DNA of 63,550 bases, filler included, from Salisapilia sapeloensis CBS 127946 (taxonomy: Eukaryota > Protista > Oomycota), in assembly GCA_023334545.1 (NCBI GenBank). It is 10 parts of 10 records of this genome, joined end to end, with 100 filler letters (N's around TTAATTAATTAA, not from the genome) between each part and the next. Parts side by side here need not be neighbours in the genome. Positions count along the whole stretch, not along the records: positions 11,691 to 39,060 come from JAADVB010000236.1; positions 39,161 to 42,320 come from JAADVB010000783.1; positions 42,421 to 43,752 come from JAADVB010001195.1; positions 43,853 to 45,380 come from JAADVB010001115.1; positions 45,481 to 48,518 come from JAADVB010000796.1; 5 more parts are not named here. One strand, given 5' to 3'. The position numbers and the translations under genes were made by a program. This document shows, piece after piece, positions 37,650 through 48,618 of the stretch. Under the pieces are notes generated by a model. The model was not told the DNA's origin, did not search any database, and saw only the letters and a program-made list of their open reading frames with translations. Position 1 is the stretch's first letter. Each line of letters opens with the position of its first letter.

Positions 37650-38800
37650 ACCCTTGAATACAGTTTTTTGGCAAAGAATTTATTTATTTATGAAACTCTT
37701 TGGAATCCTAATGGATTCTCCTGTCGATTGGACAGGTGGAAGAAGAACTGATCGGGTTAGGCCTCAAAGTGAACCTGCTGAATTGCCCATGTGGTGTCTC
37801 GGTAACTCGCCGCTGCTAGTCGGTTTTGACCATTCCACCGTGGGCTTCTGCCTGTTGCCTCTAACTGTCCTATTACCCGCTTCCAGATTACTAGTGTTGC
37901 CCTCTTGCCGTTCCAGTCGTCTGAGCGATAGATGCGTTCGTTGCGTTCAAGCCAGCATTGTGCCGCGATGATTGTGCACCCCGCCTTCCAAACGTGTGCT
38001 AAAGCTTGAAGGTGTTCCGGCATGAGCATATCAGATATTCCTTAACTTTTCGGATTAAATCCAGCGGTAAGGGTGGGAGGTGCCGTTGCCATACTCGGAA
38101 TTGTACTTGGGATTGGTCCCCTGTGTCAGACAGTTGAAATCCCTATATGGAGTGCTAATGAATCCAGACAGCTTGAATGACCTTGCACGACCAAAAAAGG
38201 CGAATGCTGGACTCTTTTTCGTTGTGGCAAGTGTCGTAGCGACACAGATGTGGCGACACTTCGTCGTGATAGTGCAGATTTGGATGGTCGTTTGACAGTC
38301 GAAACCAGAACCATTGCTGGTATCCCGTCGTTCCTATTGGTGCACTCCATACGTCTTGTGCGTCCTGTACCCTTAGATGGCTGAGCTTTGTGGTCGAGCT
38401 TGTGGAGCAGAGCGGCCTGTTCTCGGATAACTTTCCCATTGAGGACGGCATGAAGTTCCATGCGGTAGGGTTCTTTTCGTTTCCCCTTATTTCTCGTAAG
38501 GGCGGGTAGTCCGAGTACCACTTGGAGTCCCGAGTCAAGTGTAACATCTAGGCTCTTCGGTTGAATTGCTCTCATCTGAATCCATTTGCCACGATCTGGA
38601 TGCCATCCCACATCCACTCTGTTTTGTTTGTCAGATTCCCATCGTTCTCTTCCTCGAAGTTTCCCTGGTGACTCCAGTTGCCACTTCAGCCTTTCCCATT
38701 GATGTGGAGGTTCTTGCCATAAATCTTGAGACTTCCATGAGAGGGCGGGTGGCAAGTCACTACTAAGGTTTCGGGAACTTAAACAGGGCACCTCACCATA
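37650..38800 (-). mobile_element. L1-like non-LTR retrotransposon 3' fragment (zf-RVT region)
   Basis: HLCRYDTCHNEKESSIRLFWSCKVIQAVW resembles the C..C...ES..HLFWxC..A..VW zinc-binding region at the end of L1 ORF2; frameshifted. Confidence 0.65.
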
Positions 38801-38830
38801 GTAAAGTCCAGTCAAATCTGCACATAGGTC

Positions 38831-38951
38831 TAAAGTGGCCGAGAGGTGCCTTTTTGACTTGGTTTTTGTATATAAAGTGGCCGGGAGGTGCTTTCGTACT
38901 TACGGGAGCAGAGAGGTGCCTTTTTGACTTGGTTTTTGTATATAAAGTGGC
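38831..38951 (+). repeat. Local ~41-bp direct repeats with nested AGGTGC motifs
   Basis: GAGAGGTGCCTTTTTGACTTGGTTTTTGTATATAAAGTGGC at 38841 and 38911. TAAAGTGGCCG(A/G)GAGGTGC at 38831 and 38873. Confidence 0.85.
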
Positions 38952-39060
38952 TATAGGAAAATCAAGTGAAAGTATCGCCCCATATATTTTCCAAGTAGAA
39001 TTTTGTGGCATACAAACTTGGAGTCACTGGTGAGGACCATAGATTATCCCAGTGATATAT

Positions 39061-39160
39061 NNNNNNNNNNNNNNNNNNNNNNNNNNNNNNNNNNNNNNNN
39101 NNNNTTAATTAATTAANNNNNNNNNNNNNNNNNNNNNNNNNNNNNNNNNNNNNNNNNNNN
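39061..39160. other. Artificial contig linker
   Basis: N44-TTAATTAATTAA-N44. Confidence 0.97.
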
Positions 39161-39316
39161 AGAAACGTTAAGTCTAGTATTCGAATTAAGCCTCAACCCA
39201 ATCAGTTCTCATTTTGCTTTCTAAAGCACAAGTGTCTTACACTACTTCCGTACTTTTAGTACAAGAGTTTCATACTCCGCGTTTTACGCTTCCCTTACGT
39301 TCAAAGGGCTATCGTT

Positions 39317-42288
39317 GTGACTCCCGTCACAGATGCAGTGGTCTGGTCGGGCTTTAGCACGTTGTTTTGGCATCACCAGATAACGTTACAGAATGTACAT
39401 GATCCTAGCGAAGCGGATCTATTGCCAGTGGAGTCATGGACTCGTCAGCGAACGTCAGATGGGGTGGTGGACTTGAGGAATCCGCAACTGTACAGCATCC
39501 GACTTTTAAATGCGGATCAATTTACGGATGTTGCGCATCTTATCAACTACTTCGATGCGCAGGTGGATGGAAAGATTTTTAATGCAATTCCGTTAGATCT
39601 GATGGGGCAGAAGAGAGCCTTATCGTTACAGTGGGAGGTAATGTTTTAGGAATCAGCGTGTCCAACTATCTTAAGGAACATTTGGAAGATCAATTTCATG
39701 GGAACAATCTTATTTGTACAGCATTTGCGTGGAGGAACTGGGCCCTGTCTCGTGTGTGGTGATCCAGCACACATTATGCGAAAATGCCCACATGACTCGA
39801 TGCCGATCAATGATGCGCACAAGCTGACACTGAAAGCTGAGGAGCTCAGAACTGTCAAATCTTCTCATAAGCCATTCGGATCGATGGAAGAGGTCATGGC
39901 GGCATTACCAACTAAGGTCGGAATTCAAGGCAGTAGATCAACTGAAGGGAAGGAGATTCCAAAGTCACCAAAACTGGACACGTCATTGGAAGTGGAGAGT
40001 AAAATATCGATGGAGTCGATGGAATTGAATGCTAGGAAAGAGGAAGAGTCAAAGGAACCGGAATGGCTTTTGGTAACTCGGAAGGGTACCAAAAGCACAT
40101 CCAAGGTGACCAAAGCGAATATCGATAAACCGAAACCCTCCCACAGCTCGAAAGTGAGGGTTATTATCAGTGATAAGTCCTTGCAGCAATCGACGCTCGA
40201 ACAAACGGAAGGTAATCATGTCATAAGCAAGTCGGATGAACTTAAGACTCCAGTGAAAAGAGGCAGGCGTTTGATTCAGAGGATACTTCGTCGCATACTA
40301 TGATCTCTCCACAGGAAAAACAACGGAAAGCAGAGCGAGTTAACGTGGCATCCAAGCAGAGTCTTTACATACAGAAGCAATTATTGGGATCGAGTAACCC
40401 GGAAATATATCAGGATCATCATGGCCACCAACCGGTGAATTTAACTGTCAAGTTAACTGCACGGAGTAGGTTGGCTGAGGTACTGGCGGCAACGGGTCTG
40501 ACGCTGGCGACTACGCCGAGTAATGGCAATTGTCAATATAGTGCTCTATTACTGTCGTTATATTACTGGCCGATCTGGCAAGAAGATATGACGAAGGTTA
40601 TGGAGCAACGACTACAGCTCTTGAAAAGAGGCATAGTGGCAAGCATGCAGACTCATCAAGACTTGGAGTTCACACATGCGCGTCGACAAGCCTTCTCGAG
40701 TACGCATCGGTATCCAGCCAATTATGAAACTGCGGACGAATCACTCAGATGCTTCACAAGTTTCATGAGCCAATTTAAACGCTCCACGAATCAACTAAAA
40801 GGCATGTTTCCAACGCACTTCTGCGTGAGCAATGATATGCTATTGATGGCGGCTAAACTTCTTCAAAGGTCAATTTACGTGATCAACGCATCGCAAGACT
40901 TACCGGAAATCTCAATTCAAAAGATTTACCCAGGCCTGATTGTTGTAAAAGGAGTCCTGTTCAAATCGGCGAAGGAGAAGATCGTTCCAGTGAAAAAGTG
41001 GCTCGAGCAAATTGAAGTGGATTTCGCGTTGGATCAAGCCAATTCTGAAGCTCCACCGATCGTACTGGTCTACACCAAAAACCACTTCACAAGGACGACA
41101 TGGGCGTCCCCTCAACCGGAGTCGGACTCCAGTAGAGAGGAGCGGGACAATGACGGTGAGGACGAAGACTTCGAAATGTCAGAAGAGGAATCGGATCAGT
41201 TGGACGACGAGGACGAAAATGAGATAATGGAACCAAAGGCAAATCGAAGTTCCACCACGATGTCAATGATCAAGGAAATTCGGAAAACACTAAGTTCTGA
41301 TGACTTGGATCTGATAAATTCGGCGGATCTAGACGACGAAGACGAAAGAAGTGATCTGATAACACATTTTGGTGTGCCAACTCGGAAAACTCGGACGTGG
41401 AAACTCTTCATTACCAGATACAGTCTCCTGAATCCAGAAGCCGGGACTAAGAGAGTAACACGTTCGTCAGGAAAGGAGAGTCAGTCTGATCCGTCGAATA
41501 AGTCACTTCCCCCGGAGGTAGAGGAGTCATCGCAGTTTGGTGCGGTACCCAGGCGTATGGGAGAAATAATCTGGAAGCAACGTCCTCCGAATATAAAAGT
41601 CGGACGAGATGTGGTAACCTTTTGGGAAGATCACTCACATATCTGGACATCAACGATTGGTATCAAGCTCCCGCACTTTATGACATCCTCTAAAGACTTG
41701 GTGCAAGCACTATGTCTGGAGTCGGCTCAAATGCTGCGGCTCTTGCAGAAGTTCCCGCGTCCATCGTATGTTCTAAATCGATTGGCAAAGGTTCAACAAG
41801 CGGAGAGTTGTCAGATCCTCATTCAACGACTCATGGCGGACGTTTTGACACAAAGCCAAGCGCAGACTCAGGACTCAGCTCTACAACAGCAGTTTCACAA
41901 CATGGTCGTGTGGTTAAGCATCGAGACAGTCCAAGAGGAAGCATTCAAAATATTTCGGAGTACATGCCGGCTACCAGAGGTGCAGGCATTACCAAATGGG
42001 TCTCTACTTACGTGGTGTGTTAATCAAGAGAAGGAGGACGTAGCCTTCTGGCTGTTGATGATTGGTACCTTTGAGAAGGACCTAAACATTTTATATGATG
42101 TTGATATGGATATCATGGAAGAGCCATGGAGTGCTTTAATCCAGATGCACGAACTCAGCACAAAGAATACAGGACTGGGCAAAGTACTCCGCAAAGCATT
42201 GGAGAGCTCGACATGGAGCGGGTTGGTTATCTGGATGTGGGATAAGCTTGTTGCTAAGCAAGAAGCTGATAACCTCTCACAAATTTAA
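39317..42288 (+). mobile_element. Degenerate retroelement ORF1/gag-like gene with CCHC knuckle and OTU-like protease domain
   Basis: 39317-39649 and 39698-40303 are in the same frame, separated by a single TAG. They contain the CX2CX4HX4C knuckle CLVCGDPAHIMRKC. After a frameshift, 40300-42288 has the OTU Cys motif TPSNGNCQYSAL and the His motif PIVLVYTKNHF. No RT is visible before the gap. Confidence 0.65.
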
Positions 42289-42320
42289 TCATGATACCGT
42301 CAGCGGTGAAGAGGGAAGAG

Positions 42321-42420
42321 NNNNNNNNNNNNNNNNNNNNNNNNNNNNNNNNNNNNNNNNNNNNTTAATTAATTAANNNNNNNNNNNNNNNNNNNNNNNN
42401 NNNNNNNNNNNNNNNNNNNN
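42321..42420. other. Artificial contig linker
   Basis: N44-TTAATTAATTAA-N44. Confidence 0.97.
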
Positions 42421-43294
42421 AAACAAGAAAGCACCAAACGAGCATTTCTGCGATCTTTATCGATAGGTTTGAATGCCCAGAGCTCCAGATCGTCGTGACC
42501 ACCTTAGTGAGCGCGACGAGTTTCAAAATGCACTTCATCCCGGCAGCTGATGTGCTGTATCCGATGCGACCTTTGAAGATGTGTATTCGAGTAGTCACCA
42601 TGAGATCCCATACCTTGATTTATAAAGCTTTCCGCCTCGAGCTTCCTGGCATGATGACTTTTATTTACACTCATCATGTGGTCTAGAAGCGTTTGGGATG
42701 ATACGATTTTTGCCACATTAGATTTCAAGTGACGCTGCTCGGATGAAGGGCATGGAGTACGAATGCTGGGTTCGAAAATCCTCTTCTTCTGCATATTTTG
42801 TAGTGGGTGGTAAGCCTGGGTTCTTCGATTTTAACATGATTCGAGACCCCTTAGTAGCCAGCTGGTGAACCTAGGAGCTGCAAGTGATCTAGATCCAATT
42901 TGAAGTTGGTCATAAGAATATAATAAACGGTTCGTAGACATCACTCGCTGGAGAGGGTTTACCAAATATAACTCTTTGAAACAAAGGCACTACTTGCCGG
43001 GTGCGCTTCGAATGAAGCACAAGTCTTCAGGTCTATCCTTCCACGCACGCTCATGCTAGAAGAGTCTCTTGACCGAGTTGACCTAGGCCAGGTACTAGGT
43101 TACCACATATACTGGACAAAGCGTTCCGAACCCATATCAGGCTCAACTCTGCTCCAAGGTACCCAGGTGCTTGCGCTCGATATCCACTTCTTCTCGCAAA
43201 CTTGCACTGATGTCCATTCCTCTCTATGGCCATAGCCTTCCTGAACACTTAGGCTGGAACGCTTGAAGGTATTGTGCCGGAGCGCCAACTCGGT

Positions 43295-43308
43295 TCATTT
43301 CCAAATTC
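43295..43308 (+). promoter_or_regulatory. Oomycete Inr+FPR-like core promoter
   Basis: TCATTTCCAAATTC, ~80 nt upstream of the ATG at 43388. Confidence 0.55.
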
Positions 43309-43387
43309 ACCAGGAACCACCAACAGTCAACTACTACTGCATTGAGCAGCTAGCAACCAACTCTTACGACAACCAACACCTTTGACG

Positions 43388-43752
43388 ATGAAGATCCCTG
43401 CCATCCTTTCCGCTGTCACCTTGGCGCTCACCCTTGCTCCGGAGATGGCGTCCGCCAAGCCTCAGTCCAATGCCCACCTGCGCATTCGCAAGGAGGGCTA
43501 TGGCGAGCAGTGCATCTCGGACTACTCTCAGTGCGATGGCCAGAACTGGTACGGTGCGACTTGCTGCCAGAACGCCGACTACGAGTGCAAGGCTTCTCCT
43601 GACCGTCCGGACGGCGACTACTGGACGAAGCTTTGTCTGCCCAAGTGGGACGAGAAGAAGGGTGACCACTACAAGGGCCACGGCGGCTACGGTGGCTGGA
43701 ACAAGCACGACAACATGATGGATAAGAAGCCTGGCATGGGTCACCACCACGG
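43388..43752 (+). CDS. Secreted CBM1 (cellulose-binding module family 1) protein, 3'-truncated by gap
   Basis: Signal peptide MKIPAILSAVTLALTLAPEMASA. CBM1 pattern CISDYSQCDGQNWYGATCC...YECK...DYWTKLCLP, then a Gly/His/Lys-rich tail running into the Ns. Confidence 0.8.
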
Positions 43753-43852
43753 NNNNNNNNNNNNNNNNNNNNNNNNNNNNNNNNNNNNNNNNNNNNTTAA
43801 TTAATTAANNNNNNNNNNNNNNNNNNNNNNNNNNNNNNNNNNNNNNNNNNNN
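43753..43852. other. Artificial contig linker
   Basis: N44-TTAATTAATTAA-N44. Confidence 0.97.
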
Positions 43853-45380
43853 CTGCTATACCAAGTACTCTCTTCCGGTTCGTCATACATGCCCTCGTGT
43901 TCACGCCCTAGATGCACAATTTCATTCGAGCGCAAAAACCAGACCAACCTCATTCTTGAGACGGAGAAATCCGTTAGATCGCTCCAGATCGTGCCATACG
44001 ACTGTCGCACCGTTCGTACTGAAAGAACTTGACTTGCATTGAGTCGGTCAACTACAGTCTTGACCAAAGCCCAAGATTTCTCGATGAGGCGGTTTCGGGA
44101 ACAGTGACCGCAGTCGTAGGTTATAGAACTACTCAGCCTCCAGACTAACACAGCAAAGATATCACAGATAAATTTGGAGAGAATTTGCAGCGATGCCTGG
44201 CGTTGCGACAGCGTTCGAAAGGATCCCTATCTGTTCATCGGCAACGACCACACAGAATCTGACCTGAGTCGAGCTCGTCGTTCTTGTTCTTCCAGTGTAG
44301 AACGAAGTGTTGTTACCATTAATCTGCTGCTGCAAGAGATGAAATCTATCAACGTTCGTTTAGTTTCCATCTACACTTGGAGCTCAGGTTCGGAGGGTTC
44401 AGTCATTTCAAAGTGCTCAAATCAGTGCTTCGTCTAGCCGAACTCTAGTAGAGAAACCGACAAGGTGCTTGCAGTCGAGAGTCACCGTCGAGCCGCTGAA
44501 GGCGTTGCCGTCTTTACGTAAAGACTGGTAGATCTTTGAAGCGCGACTAAACTCTAACCATCGCTCACGGTTACCTTGACAGAAATGGTCCTCAGTGTGG
44601 CAGTAGCCTACATAGCAACGGTAGCTACGCTGCCGATATGATCGAGTCTCCTGCAAGATACAGCGGCGTAGACCTTGCTCTTAAACGAATGAAAAAAAGG
44701 GGTACAGTGGTGCCGACTTACGTACCATACTTGAAGTTTATCCTGATGCGTTCTATACCAAGATAGCCTATCTTTATAGACCTTGTTCTCAACAGGAGTT
44801 CTACTACCAGCAAATTATCATCTGAATGGATGGTGCAAGCAAGCTATCCTAGTTCATAGCCAAAGCAATACTTCCTTGGTGAATGTCAACTACAGAATCG
44901 AGCACTAAGACAACCTTACACTCTAAGTAGCTAGTGCAATGTCCAACTAGATCGCTGCTGTACAGCAGACTTTCTATTGCAAACTTGTTATTGGTATCAC
45001 CTCTGTCGCTTCTATAAGAAGTGAATATAAAGTTTGTCACGCAACAATCTCCTTTACGACCTCTTGAATTTTGTTAGAGATAGAACCCAGGACCAGGATA
45101 ACGACGTCATCTTTATTGGCGAAAAGATACATGCTCAAATCAGTTCGTTTTCGTTGAGCACTTTACCTCACAGTTTCCATCACGTCTATGGTTACATTGG
45201 TCCAGACTACTGACATATCTTCGCATTTAAAATAAACACAAGAGCTCTTTGTGAACAACTTAATTTCTACTACATCGAGATTTTACATAAAATTAACGCT
45301 ATTACAAATAATTGTACTTAGTCTGACTGTATACCCGAACAAAATTTATAAAACTAAATAATGCATCAATTATCTACAAC

Positions 45381-45480
45381 NNNNNNNNNNNNNNNNNNNN
45401 NNNNNNNNNNNNNNNNNNNNNNNNTTAATTAATTAANNNNNNNNNNNNNNNNNNNNNNNNNNNNNNNNNNNNNNNNNNNN
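45381..45480. other. Artificial contig linker
   Basis: N44-TTAATTAATTAA-N44. Confidence 0.97.
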
Positions 45481-47559
45481 ATGCATCATGTCCTGGAAAC
45501 CGGCCGTCGGTATCGACCAGCATGACAGTGCGTGGCATCTCCATTCCATCGCATGTACCACACGATACAAGATAGAAGACATAAAACATAAATGATAATC
45601 GATATACTCTGTGCTCCTACTCCAAGTCGCATTCCTAGTCGTATTAATACTCCTCTTCTTCTACCTACTAATGCAAACGACATAACAAGAAGATCAACTT
45701 TGGTCCAAAGATGGAAGACCAGGAGGTGGAAACCCACAGAGGAGAAAACCACCCCCTTCGACGACTTGATTTAGCAGTTTAGACCTCCTACTTGTATGTA
45801 CACTCCACCTCCATATCGCTGGCACCGCTTGTATCCACTTGCATCCGCTGCTGCGTCGACTCCGTCGCATTGGCCTCGGGTCGGCCACGGCATCCTCGCC
45901 TCCAAACTTCCATGCTAGCGCTCCAGTGTCCTCTTCCACGTCGCTCGCTTCGCAGACCCACACCAGAGCTCGAGTACATTCATCATTGAAGATGGCCGTG
46001 CTGAGCAAACTTGATAGGCTGTATCCCCCGTCGGGCTGGTCCCTGGGCCATCCGTCGCAGCTCGAGACAGGACCGCGCCATGGCTCCAGTGATTCCGCCT
46101 CATCCCCTTCGCGAACGAGCGAGCTGCACAAACATACACACGATGATCACAGGGTTACACGGGAGCGCATGTGCGCCGAAGCGTCTTCTCCTACATATGA
46201 CGTTTTCTTTCTTTGCCGGTGAGGATCCGCCCTTTGTGTCAGTGTGGTCTGCGTCATATTTCATTCTTCTATATGCAGTCACCTTCTTTTACATGCAGTT
46301 CTTTTCAATATGCATCGCTACTATCCAATGCATACGCCCCCATGCAGCCCAAGTGAACACGCATGCATACCTGATTCACACGCTCGATCGGTCCAGATGT
46401 CATGAGAGGAAGTGGATACCATGACGCTGCCGTCCCACCCTCTCGAGCGCCGGTGGCATCTCCAGGGTTCCTACAGGCCGACAGAGACTCGCCTGCAAGC
46501 CGCTCGTTGCACCACCATCCCCTCAGGTACGTACAGGAGCATTCGAACCAAGGCGAGGAAAGCTAGTCGAGCGACGCTTCCGATCGCACCTTCACACTTT
46601 GCACAAAGCTTAGAAACAAATAGCCTTACCAACTGTCGGTGCTCCGTGCCCGCGACGCGCCTCGAGCCTCTGGTTGCTTGCTTCCTCCGAACGTGCCTCG
46701 ATTTCCACTTGATCGATGCGCTGTCGACGGAGCACACAGGTATATCGGTGAGGTACTTTGCAACGATTCGGTAGAACAAGACAAGTACGTACATGAGGCG
46801 GATGGCCCTGCTGGTTCATATAGGCCGCCAAGTCGTCGTTCCCGCGTGGCGGCGTCTCGAGCGCGGCAGCTCGCAGACTTCAGACTGCGCGAGTCCAGTG
46901 TTGGGGCGGCGGCGGCGTCCTGCGACGGTGGGCGCTGCAGCACGTGGCGTTGGCCGGAGCCAGTGCCAGCTCACTGCCACCGCCGTGCTCCAGACAGAAA
47001 GGAGGGAAGGCGGACGCCTTGTTTGTTGCCGCGCGCGCGCTTTTGCTTTCTTCGAGAGGGAGAAAGTCCGAAAGTGAGGAGGAGAGAAGAAGGAGCAGTG
47101 GCCACGGATAGTATCTTGGGCGGTCATAGAAACCTCGAGCGTCTACGGATAGTATCTTGAAGAGTCACCGAAATCAGATCGTGGTCGTCGCACCATCGTC
47201 TATGTACGGATACTTTTTGCACTTGTATTTTGGTAGATCGATGGTGGTACTAACGGAAGTCGGATTGATACAGGATGGACTACACTTACACGCGTATAGA
47301 CTCATAAGTGGATCGTTTGTGTGCTGATGAAGTTCTGGACTTCTTGTAGGTTTCTGGTCGGTTTAAAATATGGTCTGAAGTGGACTGCTTCCATTAGATC
47401 AAGCATCAAGGTAAGGTTTCATACATCGCCATCAACCCATACCAAGTGCCTTCGTATCGCCATTGCTGCGGAAGAGAGAATTATTTATTGGGCACGATGA
47501 CAGAATAACAAGAAGCGAATGCAACCACAAAGTATATATTACGCAATCTCTCTCCGTTC

Positions 47560-48518
47560 CTAAGCAAAGTCGCGAGGTCCAAACTCGGACACATCGTGAT
47601 CGTCCGACACGAACTGCTCAAAGTTCTCACGGAAGGCTCGAGCAAGCTTGTGCGCCGTCAATTCATAATCTTCCTTGTCCTCCCATGCATTTCGAGGGTC
47701 CAGCAGCTCTTCCGGCACGCCCTCCACCTTCTCTGGAATCTGGATGCCAAAGATCGGGTCTTCATGGTACGTCGTCTTGTGGATGGAACCGTCCAACACA
47801 GCGTCGACGCACTTGCGCGTGTACGACAGCTTCATGCGCTTGCCGACACCGTAGGCGCCGCCCGACCAGCCCGTGTTAATGAGGAAGACCGAGGTGTTGT
47901 GCTTCTTGAGCTTCTCCTTAAGCAAGTCCGCATAGGTCGTGGCCTTGAGAGTCATGAAGGCTGCGCCAAAGCAAGCCGAGAAGGTCGCTTGCGGCTCCGT
48001 GATGCCACGCTCCGTGCCCGCCACCTTGGCCGTGTACCCCGAGAGGAAGTAGTAGCTAGCTTGGCCGGCGGACAGTCTGGACACGGGCGGAAGAACACCG
48101 TAGGCGTCGCACGTCAAGAAGATGACGCTGTTTGGGTGACCGCCACGACTTTCCGGCTGGTAGTTGGGAATGTGGTAGATGGGGTAGGACACGCGGCCGT
48201 TCTCCGTCTTGGAGTGGTCGTAGTAGTTCGGCACGCCCTTGTCGTCAATCCAGACGTTCTCGAGCATCGCGTCCGGCTTGATGGCGTTGAAAATGTCCGG
48301 CTCATTCTCCGCCGACAGGTCGATCGTCTTGGCGTAGCACCCGCCCTCAAAGTTGAAGACACCGTGGTCGTCCCACCCGTGCTCATCGTCTCCGATCAAG
48401 TACCGCTTCGGGTCGGCCGATAATGTCGTCTTGCCTGTGCCAGAGAGACCGAAGAAGATGGCCGTGTCGCCGGCCGGACCGATGTTGGCAGACGCATGCA
48501 TCGACATGATGCCATCCA
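47560..48518 (-). CDS. pckA: Phosphoenolpyruvate carboxykinase (ATP), C-terminal part; 5' portion lost in gap
   Basis: [22 protein letters not shown] (kinase-1a), [40 protein letters not shown] and YTAKVAGTE. Confidence 0.97.
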
Positions 48519-48618
48519 NNNNNNNNNNNNNNNNNNNNNNNNNNNNNNNNNNNNNNNNNNNNTTAATTAATTAANNNNNNNNNNNNNNNNNNNNNNNNNN
48601 NNNNNNNNNNNNNNNNNN
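48519..48618. other. Artificial contig linker
   Basis: N44-TTAATTAATTAA-N44. Confidence 0.97.

Noticed and set aside
43460-43495. RxLR effector motif in the CBM1 protein (NAHLRIRKE)
   Set aside because: The sequence is AHLR, not RxLR, there is no dEER motif, and the following domain is an extracellular disulfide-bonded CBM1.
47596-48423. 275-aa plus-strand ORF, and similar long antisense ORFs at 9084-10040, 30083-30841 and 62478-63098
   Set aside because: These are shadow frames opposite recognisable genes or pseudogenes with biased codon usage, and they have no motifs of their own.
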